Part shown: positions 18,951 to 27,907 of the stretch, one piece after another
Layout of the letters: every line of letters starts with the position of its first letter
How positions within the stretch are numbered: position 1 is the stretch's first letter
From: a virus
Reading direction: 5' to 3' (one strand)
IMG/VR virus record: IMGVR_UViG_3300026097_000011
Location: 32,001 to 96,000 of that record
DNA length: 64,000 nt
Translations under genes and position numbers: made by a program
The notes under the pieces: generated by a model
What the model was told of the DNA's origin: nothing
Seen by the model: only the letters and a program-made list of their open reading frames with translations
The model's database searches: none

Positions 18951-20918
18951 ATGAACTTATCAAGCAATAGTCAATTAGACGATTTTGTACTTATAGTAGA
19001 AAACGTTGGAAAGGACTTAACAATGAAAAAGGCTTCTAATGATTATATATTAGAGGGTGTTTGTGCGGTATTTGGCGCAAAGAACAATAATAACCGAGTT
19101 TACGAGAAAGATGAGTACCTTCCGCATTTAAGTTATTTACAAGATAAGATCGATAAGGGTCAGCTGGTTGGAGATTTAGATCACCCACCACATTTTGATG
19201 TAACTCTTAAAAGTGCATCTCACATTATCGAGTCGTTAGATTATGACGGTGGAGATAAAGTAAACATTAAACTAAGAATTTTAAATAATACTCCAAACGG
19301 AAAGATCGCAAGAGCTTTATTAGACGGAGGAGTTAATCTATCAATTTCATCTAGAGCAGCAGGACAAGTTCTTGAATCTAGTAAAGTTAAACTTCACAGA
19401 ATCTTTACTTACGATTTAGTAGGAGAGCCTGGTTTTACTGAAGCTATTTTAAAGAAAACCCTTAATGAATCTCTTAAAAATGATTTCCAAATGATTACAG
19501 AAAGCTATGATCATTTGAAAGAAGAATCATTTGTTGAAAAAGAGCATTTAGTTAATATTTCAGAAAATTTAAACTTTAGTGATAATATTAAAGTCTATAA
19601 AATAAATAAACCTATAGAATCTATGTTTGAGAGCTCTATATCAAAAGAAGAAAAAAATAATAACACAATGGCCGACACTAAAGATTTTGTAACTAAGGAG
19701 AGTATGAATAGATACTCTGAAGTAGTTAAGGAAAATTTCGAAAGCTTAAGAGCTGAATTAAAAAATCAAAAAGCTATAATGGAATCTGCTGGAAACGGTG
19801 AAGGACATGATCTAAATAGCTTATTTAGTTTTGTTAGTTATATTGCAGAACACTTAGAAGGAGTTATTAATTACTCTGATTATCTTTCTGAAATGGTTAA
19901 CAAAAATGTTGCATACACAGAGCATGTTGCAGAAACTACTAACCATGCAATTGAATATTCTAGTTATATTGGAGAGAAATTAAATACTTCAATTGGACAT
20001 AACGATTATATTGCAGAAAAATTAAATCAAACGATTAATTACGCTGAATATATCAAGGAAAGCTTAAACGGTTCAATTAATTATCAAAATTATTTAGCAG
20101 AGGAATTAGATAGAGGTATTCAATATACTGAGTATGTAGCAGAAGGAGCTAATAATGGGATTCAATTCTCAGAATATCTTTCTAAATCTATTAACGAAAA
20201 CAGAGAATATGCTCAATATATAGCAGAAAAAACTACTCAAGGGATTGGTTATACTGAATACGTTGCAGAACAAATGAATGCAGGAGTTTCAGCACCAGGT
20301 AAAAGAAGCCTGTTAGATAACGTAGAACGATTAACTGAATCAAAATCTATTGATAACTTAGTAGATAGTGTAGATGCAGTTATCGCAGAAGTTAGTTCTA
20401 ACTCAGCTAAAGCTGTACTAGAAAACAGACATCCTTTCTTAAAGGTTCTTTCAGAATCTCACAGAGAAAACTTCTACAAATTAGAATCTAATCAGAAACA
20501 AGCAATTGTTGAAGCATTAGGAGCTACTATTTGGTTCAATGAAGCTGATGTTTTAGGAATCATGGATTCAGTTGTTAATGAATCAACAAAAGACTTACAC
20601 ATTCTTGAGAAATTTATGCCAGATTCAGTTAAACCAGTTTGGAATAAAATGAATGAGAGTGAAAAATCAAGAATTTTCGCAAAATCTCAATTATATAACC
20701 TAAAGACACCTTATCAAGTTAAATCGTTTTTCGATGAACAAGACTTTAGAAGAATAAATGAAAGAGTTGCTATTGAGGCACAAAATATTAAAGAAATGCA
20801 AAAGCTTAACGAAAGCCAAAGTACAGAAGGTATGATATCCGTTGAAAGGGTAGTTGAGTCAAGCAGAGGTTATTCCTCAAATTACCTAGCTAATCTGCAA
20901 AGAAGAGCTAACAACTAA
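18951..20918 (+). CDS. Prohead protease (gp21-like) fused to scaffold/core domain
   Basis: KNNNNRVY, GDLDHP, ASH, ISSRAAG, TYDLVGEPGF; long helical C-terminal part with many xxES sites. Confidence 0.88.
   Translation: MNLSSNSQLDDFVLIVENVGKDLTMKKASNDYILEGVCAVFGAKNNNNRVYEKDEYLPHLSYLQDKIDKGQLVGDLDHPPHFDVTLKSASHIIESLDYDGGDKVNIKLRILNNTPNGKIARALLDGGVNLSISSRAAGQVLESSKVKLHRIFTYDLVGEPGFTEAILKKTLNESLKNDFQMITESYDHLKEESFVEKEHLVNISENLNFSDNIKVYKINKPIESMFESSISKEEKNNNTMADTKDFVTKESMNRYSEVVKENFESLRAELKNQKAIMESAGNGEGHDLNSLFSFVSYIAEHLEGVINYSDYLSEMVNKNVAYTEHVAETTNHAIEYSSYIGEKLNTSIGHNDYIAEKLNQTINYAEYIKESLNGSINYQNYLAEELDRGIQYTEYVAEGANNGIQFSEYLSKSINENREYAQYIAEKTTQGIGYTEYVAEQMNAGVSAPGKRSLLDNVERLTESKSIDNLVDSVDAVIAEVSSNSAKAVLENRHPFLKVLSESHRENFYKLESNQKQAIVEALGATIWFNEADVLGIMDSVVNESTKDLHILEKFMPDSVKPVWNKMNESEKSRIFAKSQLYNLKTPYQVKSFFDEQDFRRINERVAIEAQNIKEMQKLNESQSTEGMISVERVVESSRGYSSNYLANLQRRANN
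19824..20285 (+). repeat. About 11 tandem 14-aa (42-nt) repeats, consensus IxYxEY[IVL]AExxNxx
   Basis: INYSDYLSEMVNKN, VAYTEHVAETTNHA, IEYSSYIGEKLNTS, IGHNDYIAEKLNQT, INYAEYIKESLNGS, INYQNYLAEELDRG, IQYTEYVAEGANNG etc. Confidence 0.85.
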
Positions 20919-20936
20919 AAAAAAACCATATTAAAA

Positions 20937-22592
20937 ATGGCTAAGACTAAAATTTTCAGACGTTCAAACGATCAATCGTTGAACAACACGTGGAAACCAA
21001 TTTTGGAATCTCACGGAGCTGATATGGAATCTACACCATGGCTAGCGGAATACGCTCACAACCACGCAATATTTGATAATAGTGCACCGTTATTTGAGCA
21101 AGCTGGACCAGGACAATTCCTTCAAACTCCAGGAGCTTTACCAGGAATGGGACAAGCAATCGCACCAACTCCAGGGCAAACGCCTTTCACAGCTGGTGGA
21201 GCAAAAAACTCTTACGGAGATTCAGGATCTGGGGATAAATTCCCTTCATTACTTCCTGTAGCAATTCAAGTAGCAGCAAAAACTATCGGTTTCGACCTAG
21301 TTCCAGTTGTTCCTATGGATTCTCCAGTAGGTTTCTTACCTTACCTTGATTACCTTTACACAGGTGGTAGAACCGAAGATACAGCTTTCGAGCCGTACAT
21401 GGTTAAACTTCAAGGAATTACTGCAGCTTCTTTAGTTGGAGGAACTTTAACACCAGGACAATTACTAGTTACTTCAGGTCCTTCTGTTAGAACTTATGAA
21501 TTCATTGGATTCTCAAGAGTAGACGGTCACTTGATCGTAAAAGTTAAAACTGACTCAGACGCAATTTCGGTTGCTGGTGATTTAGAAGGAGACACGATTA
21601 ATACAATCGGTACTTCAATTACTGTACCACCTACAATCGCTACTGGAGCAGTACAATTAGTATCTGCATTAGAGAACCACATCTCAGGATTTACTTCGGT
21701 AAGTGATGATGATTATGCATCAACTGCATTCTCTGGTCCTTACTTTACTGAGAACAATGGAGAAATCCCTGGTTCAATGAAAAGAGAAGAAGGAGAGCAA
21801 TCAAGATTCAGACAAATGGGTCTAAGAATGTTCACAAAATTCATCGAAGCTGAAACTGATCAAGTTGCGATCTCTGCATCTGTAGAGCAAATCCAAGATT
21901 TGAACAGAGTTTGGAACTACGACGTAATCTCTATGTTAGAGAACGTTGCAGTTAATGATTTAGCTCAGTCTATTAACAAAAGACTTGTTGATAGAGTATT
22001 CCAAATGGCAGATGCTCACAACGTTGAGGTTAATGCTGTGGAAGGAGCTGGAATCACATCTCTAGACTTGTTAGCAGGTACTGGTGGATTTGAAAACGTT
22101 TCTACTCTTCAAAGAAGATTAGTTACTAAAATTCTTGAATTGTCTAACTTAATTTACCACAGAGGTAGATTCGGTGCAGGTACATTCATGGTAACTAACG
22201 GTAGAGTTGCATCTGCATTAGCTGATGTTGCTGGTTACTCAATTGCTCAAGTTCCTACGGATATGAGTGGAGTTGCTGGAAACCTTTACCCAGCTGGAAA
22301 AGTATACGGAGTACAAGTATACGTTGATCCTAACTTATCGTTCGGAGATACTAGAATTGTAATCGGTAGAAAAGGAGCTGATGAAGAGCCAGGAGTTAAA
22401 TTCATGCCTTACATCATGGCAGAGTCTTTACAGACTATTGCTGAAGGAACATTCTCTCCAAAGATCGGAATGAAATCTCGTTACGCGATCACTGAAGCAG
22501 GATGGCACCCAGAAACACAATATATCAACATGGAGGTTAGTGGAGATATGGCAGTGTTAACTGGAGGAGTTGCACCTTCAAACACTCTTTAA
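20937..22592 (+). CDS. Major capsid protein (T4 gp23 family)
   Basis: WKPILE, DLVPVVPMDSPVG, EQIQDL, VYVDP, FMPYI, FSPKIGMKSRYA; follows protease. Confidence 0.92.
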   Translation: MAKTKIFRRSNDQSLNNTWKPILESHGADMESTPWLAEYAHNHAIFDNSAPLFEQAGPGQFLQTPGALPGMGQAIAPTPGQTPFTAGGAKNSYGDSGSGDKFPSLLPVAIQVAAKTIGFDLVPVVPMDSPVGFLPYLDYLYTGGRTEDTAFEPYMVKLQGITAASLVGGTLTPGQLLVTSGPSVRTYEFIGFSRVDGHLIVKVKTDSDAISVAGDLEGDTINTIGTSITVPPTIATGAVQLVSALENHISGFTSVSDDDYASTAFSGPYFTENNGEIPGSMKREEGEQSRFRQMGLRMFTKFIEAETDQVAISASVEQIQDLNRVWNYDVISMLENVAVNDLAQSINKRLVDRVFQMADAHNVEVNAVEGAGITSLDLLAGTGGFENVSTLQRRLVTKILELSNLIYHRGRFGAGTFMVTNGRVASALADVAGYSIAQVPTDMSGVAGNLYPAGKVYGVQVYVDPNLSFGDTRIVIGRKGADEEPGVKFMPYIMAESLQTIAEGTFSPKIGMKSRYAITEAGWHPETQYINMEVSGDMAVLTGGVAPSNTL

Positions 22593-22615
22593 TCGATAGA
22601 TTAACTAGATATAAG

Positions 22616-22645
22616 AAAAGGAAGACTACGGTCTTCCTTTTTTTT
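22616..22645 (+). terminator. Intrinsic terminator after capsid gene
   Basis: AAAAGGAAGAC-TACG-GTCTTCCTTTT, C(UACG)G loop, T-run. Confidence 0.9.
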
Positions 22646-22678
22646 GTTATAAACTTTGGGATATTAGATATTGTCGTT

Positions 22679-22692
22679 ATAAATAATAAAAA
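22679..22692 (+). promoter_or_regulatory. Late promoter motif
   Basis: Exact ATAAATAATAAAAA before ATG 22704. Confidence 0.75.
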
Positions 22693-22703
22693 GACCATAT
22701 CAT

Positions 22704-23174
22704 ATGAAGAGAGTAAAACTAGGAAAATATCAGTATTTTCTTAGAGTAGCAGTTATTATCTTAGCAGCTATTTTTCCATTTATATGTTTATTGTCTTATG
22801 GGTATTTACCTTCTATTTCAAGCTACTGGAATACTGATCTACAACCTCTTTTTATTATTGCAAATGCCGCGACTTCATATTATCTATATTCTATAAAGGA
22901 TTGGAAGATGTCAGCGTTGATGCTACTATTGCTCACGTCATTCTCGTTAACACTATTTCCGATTGTACATAATATATTAGCAATAGTGTTTTTTATTGTT
23001 AATGTATACCCGTTAACCAAAACAAATCATTTTAAATGGTGTATTGCTTTATACCTTACGTCGTTGATTGTTTTACCATGGAGCATGACATTTGCAGAGA
23101 TTATTGCAATAGAAGTTTTATGCTTATATCATCTATTAGTTCTAATTAAAGCTAATCGCCTACAGCACCACTAG
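22704..23174 (+). CDS. Multi-pass membrane protein
   Basis: About 5-6 hydrophobic segments. Confidence 0.75.
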   Translation: MKRVKLGKYQYFLRVAVIILAAIFPFICLLSYGYLPSISSYWNTDLQPLFIIANAATSYYLYSIKDWKMSALMLLLLTSFSLTLFPIVHNILAIVFFIVNVYPLTKTNHFKWCIALYLTSLIVLPWSMTFAEIIAIEVLCLYHLLVLIKANRLQHH

Positions 23175-24226
23175 ACTGCCATGTGAACACTTTTCCAATT
23201 AGGATAAGATTCATATCCTTCAATTTTAAAGTTGTCTAGTGTGTACGAGAATATATTCTCAGCCTTTTCTAATATTAACTTAGGAGCTTTATATTTAAAG
23301 GGTGCACGAGTTAATTGCTCTTTAACTAAATCGATATGATTTTCATATATATGCACATTAGTAAGATCTCCTATTAGTTTACCAGGGACCATATTTGCTT
23401 GATCAGCGAACATATGTAATAAGAATGCGTAACTTGCAATATTAAATGGAAGTCCTAAGAAAGTATCTACGGATCGTTGGTGCCATTTTAAAGATAATCT
23501 CCTAGTTGGAACTCCATTTGCCCTCATATCATCATATACGTTTTCAAGTCCGGCTTCTAACATTTCAAGTTCAACGTTATTATCTTTACACCATTGATAT
23601 CTTTCTTGCATTGTTAATTCCTCAGTATATAGTTCAAATGCCCAGTGACAAGGAGGAAGGCACATTTTAGTAATGTCGGCAATATTCCATGCAGATACCA
23701 TCATTCTACGATCATCTGGACTATTAATCAATTTGTCCATTACTTGTGAAATCTGATTAATATGGTGAGTATTAGGTTCTCCATATTCTACATGCTCCCG
23801 TGAATAATTTGGAAGCTCCCAATTCACCCATTGCTTTCCATATATTGGACCCATTTCAAATATTCCTTGTTGTAGAACAGGATCATCTTGACGCTCCTTT
23901 AATTCTTCAATTGTATATGGATCCTTAATTCCTGCTTTTTCTGCAGCCTTTAGATAATAATCATACCAATTACCATCCCATACTTTAATATCTCTTTTCC
24001 AAAGATCTCTAATGTCAGTAGATCCAGTAAGGAACCATAGTAGTTCACCAATAATTCCTTTAGTATACATCTTCTTCGTTGTAATTAAAGGGAATCCTTG
24101 ATTCATATCAAGTTCTAGTGTGTGATTGAATATTGAAACAGTGTCGATTCCAGTTCTATTTTCTTTTACAGTTCCTTTGTCTAGAATACGCTGTAGTAGT
24201 TTGTGATATTCGTGAGTTGCTTGCAT
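23171..24226 (-). CDS. thyA: Thymidylate synthase (dUMP type)
   Basis: RTG, ELLWFL, GPIYGKQW, LPPCH, QRSVDTFLGLPFNIASY, HIYENH. Confidence 0.96.
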   Translation of the reverse strand: MQATHEYHKLLQRILDKGTVKENRTGIDTVSIFNHTLELDMNQGFPLITTKKMYTKGIIGELLWFLTGSTDIRDLWKRDIKVWDGNWYDYYLKAAEKAGIKDPYTIEELKERQDDPVLQQGIFEMGPIYGKQWVNWELPNYSREHVEYGEPNTHHINQISQVMDKLINSPDDRRMMVSAWNIADITKMCLPPCHWAFELYTEELTMQERYQWCKDNNVELEMLEAGLENVYDDMRANGVPTRRLSLKWHQRSVDTFLGLPFNIASYAFLLHMFADQANMVPGKLIGDLTNVHIYENHIDLVKEQLTRAPFKYKAPKLILEKAENIFSYTLDNFKIEGYESYPNWKSVHMAV

Positions 24227-24227
24227 A

Positions 24228-24476
24228 TTAAAACTGTTTGTTATTTATTATACCAAGAATCAACCCATTGGTTTTTTTTCGAACATCCTCTGGAATGTCC
24301 TCGATATTATAACATTCAAATTCAATATGTTTATTCTCTCCTGAAGCAAACAGCACGTGGTATTCCTCAAATAACTCTGGCATCTCCAATTTTGTGTTAG
24401 CGAATATTGCTGCCCTTTGATCAATTGGAGTCCCTTTGTTTAGTCTTATTACGAATATTGGTTTAGGCTTCTTCAT
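24228..24476 (-). CDS. Hypothetical protein
   Basis: ORF packed in operon. Confidence 0.6.
   Translation of the reverse strand: MKKPKPIFVIRLNKGTPIDQRAAIFANTKLEMPELFEEYHVLFASGENKHIEFECYNIEDIPEDVRKKTNGLILGIINNKQF
24247..24274 (-). promoter_or_regulatory. AAAC-N17-GTATAAT promoter-like motif upstream of thyA
   Basis: Matches a motif recurring at 8 sites. Confidence 0.55.
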
Positions 24477-25329
24477 TTATTTCTTCTTTGTCAAAATCGG
24501 TGTAGTAGTTTTTAGAACACCATTGCATACATTCAACTAATCCTGGATCGATATCCTCTAGAAATAGTGCATATGCTTTTGCAAAAGGTAGATCCTTTGA
24601 CCAAGCTAAATTCTCAAGTTCACATGGAGTATTACATGCATCATAGTAGCCATGTCCACCGATTGCTAATGTGTGACATATTCCATGCATATATTCTCTA
24701 TGATTAGATTTAAGAGTTCTTAACCAATCACGTCCTCTTCTTTCTTCGTCATCTTCGAAATATCTTCCGTCCCACTCCCATCGATCTTTAATGTCTCGAT
24801 ATAAACGCTGAACAATTTGGCTTAATACTTCTTTAATAACTTGAGCTGAATCACGTCGACCGCTCAAGTTAATCGGGTTAGAGTAATTAGAATGTCGATA
24901 TCTAGGATTCCATTTAGTCTTTGATTCTGAATCAATCATCCATAGATGATCAATGTATATTTGCAACCCAAGATCGTGTTTCATATTAGCATATGCTCCT
25001 CTCATGAATTTATCCTTATGTTCTTGAGTTTTACCTTTAACTGCTCTTCCAGTTCCATTTGCCCAATCTATAAAATCTTGATGAGATAGGTTCGCACTAT
25101 TAAAATGACCTTGTTGATTTTGATTTACCCAGTATGAATCCATATCAGATGCAATTCCCTTCATATGTTTTGGAAAAATCTTTGATTTTTTACGTTCATT
25201 CCAACTTTTGATAACGCTATCCTTATTCATAGGATTAACATGCTCCACTGATTCTATTATTTCAGGAATTGTTCTTTCCTCAACTGGCTTGTCAATTACT
25301 TTTACTTTGCGTCTTCCAAATATTCCCAT
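24463..25329 (-). CDS. Hypothetical protein
   Basis: 288-aa ORF. Confidence 0.7.
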   Translation of the reverse strand: MGIFGRRKVKVIDKPVEERTIPEIIESVEHVNPMNKDSVIKSWNERKKSKIFPKHMKGIASDMDSYWVNQNQQGHFNSANLSHQDFIDWANGTGRAVKGKTQEHKDKFMRGAYANMKHDLGLQIYIDHLWMIDSESKTKWNPRYRHSNYSNPINLSGRRDSAQVIKEVLSQIVQRLYRDIKDRWEWDGRYFEDDEERRGRDWLRTLKSNHREYMHGICHTLAIGGHGYYDACNTPCELENLAWSKDLPFAKAYALFLEDIDPGLVECMQWCSKNYYTDFDKEEINEEA

Positions 25330-25346
25330 GATAAGATTTTTAATTC

Positions 25347-26714
25347 TTATCTAATATACTCTTTCTTTAGAACTTTTTTAAGATCATTTAAATCATCAAG
25401 GTACATATCAGCAGGCTTTGTCTTCTTCATAGTTGTTAAATCTTTCTTTTTCTCAGATTCCTGAAGTAATAATTCTTCATATTTTTCTTTAGTCAAGGTA
25501 TGAATTGCCATAGATAATAAGTATGAATACGATCCATCTACTTCGTCAAAATCAGCAGTTTGCAGCCATAATACAATTTGTTTCTTTGGAACATTATTGA
25601 TTTTTAGTTTTCCATCTATAATAGCTTTAATAAATGCTGCTTTATTTGAAAGTATTAATAGCTCTCTTTCTAACTTATCAATGATGAATTCTTTTCGTTT
25701 AGTATAAAACTTCATTCTAAACGCTACGAAGTATTTTACAATATCAGATGCAGATTCAAAAATCTTTAATTTACCATGTTCATCAAGAACAGTTAAATTC
25801 TCAGTTTGTTTTTCCTCCATCTTTAAGAATCTAGTCAGTCTGTCCCCAGTCCCTAATCCACTTAACTGGGATCTGCTCATTTTAAGAGTGTAGTTAATAT
25901 CTGATTTACAGTTATTATCATAGCTCGCTAGTCTCTTTTCATCTTCTAGCTTATTCAAATAGTTATCAAACTTTTCATAAGTAACAGATGGTGGAAGTTC
26001 AGTGATCTCAATTGTTGTTGTATTCTTAACATCATATCTGCCTTTAAACAACCATGAATTCTTGTTATTCGGATTTGGAACAACTTCGCCTGTAAATCCA
26101 TTTACCCATGGTGTAGGCTCTTTAAACTTCTTTCCGTTTAATTCACTAAGACAACAGTCAATTAATTCAATTGGATTCCTATTTAGGATGTTAGTAGCAA
26201 ACCCTACAGCTATTCCTGATGATCCGTTTAGTAAAACAGTAGGAATTATTGGAAGAAAGTATTCAGGTTCTATTTGGGACCCCTCTTCATATCTAGGTGA
26301 TAACAATTCAAAGTCTTTATAGATTAATCTAAAATTTTCATGAAGTTTAGTAGATACATATCTAGGTGCACCTGCTTCTGGAGATCTTAAAGAACCGAAT
26401 TGTCCTATCTCTTGAAGAAGTGGCATTGAATTCTTAAACTTCTGTGCCATTCCAATAATAGCTGAATTTAGAGATGAATCACCGTGGTGGTAATGTGCAT
26501 CTGCTGCAATTCGTCCAGTTAACTGAAAAACTTTATATGCTTTTTCAGATCCATTCTTCCATACTTTATTGGCAATGAAAACAACTTTACGTTGAGTTGG
26601 CTTTAGTCCATCAATAACAGATGGAATTGCTCTATTTTCAATTACGTAAGTTGCATACTCTCGATAATCATTATCTAAGTATTCAGTTATTGTTGATTGT
26701 GTGTTATTGTTCAT
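25347..26714 (-). CDS. Type II topoisomerase medium subunit (gp52/GyrA-like)
   Basis: RAIPSVIDGLKPTQRK, YHHGDSS, APRY catalytic Tyr, NGSSGIAVGFAT. Confidence 0.95.
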   Translation of the reverse strand: MNNNTQSTITEYLDNDYREYATYVIENRAIPSVIDGLKPTQRKVVFIANKVWKNGSEKAYKVFQLTGRIAADAHYHHGDSSLNSAIIGMAQKFKNSMPLLQEIGQFGSLRSPEAGAPRYVSTKLHENFRLIYKDFELLSPRYEEGSQIEPEYFLPIIPTVLLNGSSGIAVGFATNILNRNPIELIDCCLSELNGKKFKEPTPWVNGFTGEVVPNPNNKNSWLFKGRYDVKNTTTIEITELPPSVTYEKFDNYLNKLEDEKRLASYDNNCKSDINYTLKMSRSQLSGLGTGDRLTRFLKMEEKQTENLTVLDEHGKLKIFESASDIVKYFVAFRMKFYTKRKEFIIDKLERELLILSNKAAFIKAIIDGKLKINNVPKKQIVLWLQTADFDEVDGSYSYLLSMAIHTLTKEKYEELLLQESEKKKDLTTMKKTKPADMYLDDLNDLKKVLKKEYIR

Positions 26715-26986
26715 AATGAGAATATAATATTTTTCATGTCTCTTCTTTTTGCTATAACTCTTAATAGCATGTCACTTATTCTATTTTTACAAAATGATAG
26801 ATGATCCCATTTAGTTGAATTAGATATCATTGATGATATATCTTCAATCTCATGTCTATTTTCTACTAACTCTTCTTCAGTAAATTCTGTAATCGTACGT
26901 TTTAATGACCGGTCTAATGATCTTATCCCAGAAAAAAATGGATTAAGTTCTTTAGATAGTCCCTTTGTTTGTGCTATATGATTCAT
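26711..26986 (-). CDS. Hypothetical protein
   Basis: ATGA-coupled ORF. Confidence 0.6.
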   Translation of the reverse strand: MNHIAQTKGLSKELNPFFSGIRSLDRSLKRTITEFTEEELVENRHEIEDISSMISNSTKWDHLSFCKNRISDMLLRVIAKRRDMKNIIFSL

Positions 26987-27378
26987 ATTCCGTTTATACT
27001 GTCCCTGTTAGTAGAAGACTTTGGCGTATATTTTACCACTTTTACTTGTAAACCTTTCTTTTTTGCTATATTTATCATATGCATGGTTCCTCTTGATTGT
27101 CCATCCCAAAATGCAACTAATGCATCTGCGTATTCTGCCATTTCAGTATTACGTTTAAATCCTGCTCCTTTTCCAAATTTATCCCAATCTGCAGGAAATC
27201 TTTTTACTTTGTATTCTCGTAATTCTGCGTAATCTTCTCCTAGTTTATCTGCTCCGACTGCAGTTCCACTAACTATTTCAATATCTAGGTTGTTACATTT
27301 AGATAGAAACATATCCATTTTTCCTATCATTTTATAAAACTGACTATAGCTTCTTCCACCTGCAATAATTACTTTCAT
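26983..27378 (-). CDS. SLOG/YspA-like (DUF2493) protein
   Basis: MKVIIAGGR, IVSGTAVGAD, PADW..GKGAGFKRN.EM, AFWDGQSRGT; start reassigned to 27378. Confidence 0.85.
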   Translation of the reverse strand: MKVIIAGGRSYSQFYKMIGKMDMFLSKCNNLDIEIVSGTAVGADKLGEDYAELREYKVKRFPADWDKFGKGAGFKRNTEMAEYADALVAFWDGQSRGTMHMINIAKKKGLQVKVVKYTPKSSTNRDSINGI

Positions 27379-27379
27379 G

Positions 27380-27622
27380 CTACTTGCCATAATAATCTTT
27401 CTGGCTTTCCATGTTATCATCATCTCTGAAGTCTCCACTATTTGAAACAGGTTCATCAATAAATTTTCTAATTTCATCTTGATCCATTCCATTTGGAAAG
27501 CAGATATACTTAAACTTATCAGGATGCATATTTGCAATATTATCCTTATCTGATTGATTTAAAATAATAACAATCGGTTCAGACTCAGCGTCATGAATTT
27601 TATTTCCTATTTTTACTTTCAT
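27380..27622 (-). CDS. Hypothetical protein
   Basis: MKVKIGNKIHD... small phage-like ORF. Confidence 0.65.
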   Translation of the reverse strand: MKVKIGNKIHDAESEPIVIILNQSDKDNIANMHPDKFKYICFPNGMDQDEIRKFIDEPVSNSGDFRDDDNMESQKDYYGK

Positions 27623-27632
27623 ATTAGAATGT

Positions 27633-27896
27633 TTATTTACTAATTTTTAATTCGTTATTAAGGATATCATATACGTATTGCTGTTGATGTTCGCTTAATT
27701 CACTAAATACTTGTTGAAATTCGCATTCTTCATCTCCGTCTGCATACCAAATGTTTAATCTAATACGATCTTCGCTTTCGCCAAATATTTCAATTGAGTT
27801 ATATTCTTCATCAGATGGAGGTATCTTAAAATTAAATACTAACTCATTTGATCCGTCTGAATGATCTTTTACAGCTTTTACAATTTCCTTTTCCAT
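27633..27896 (-). CDS. Hypothetical acidic protein
   Basis: ORF in operon. Confidence 0.6.
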   Translation of the reverse strand: MEKEIVKAVKDHSDGSNELVFNFKIPPSDEEYNSIEIFGESEDRIRLNIWYADGDEECEFQQVFSELSEHQQQYVYDILNNELKISK

Positions 27897-27907
27897 TATA
27901 TTTAATT

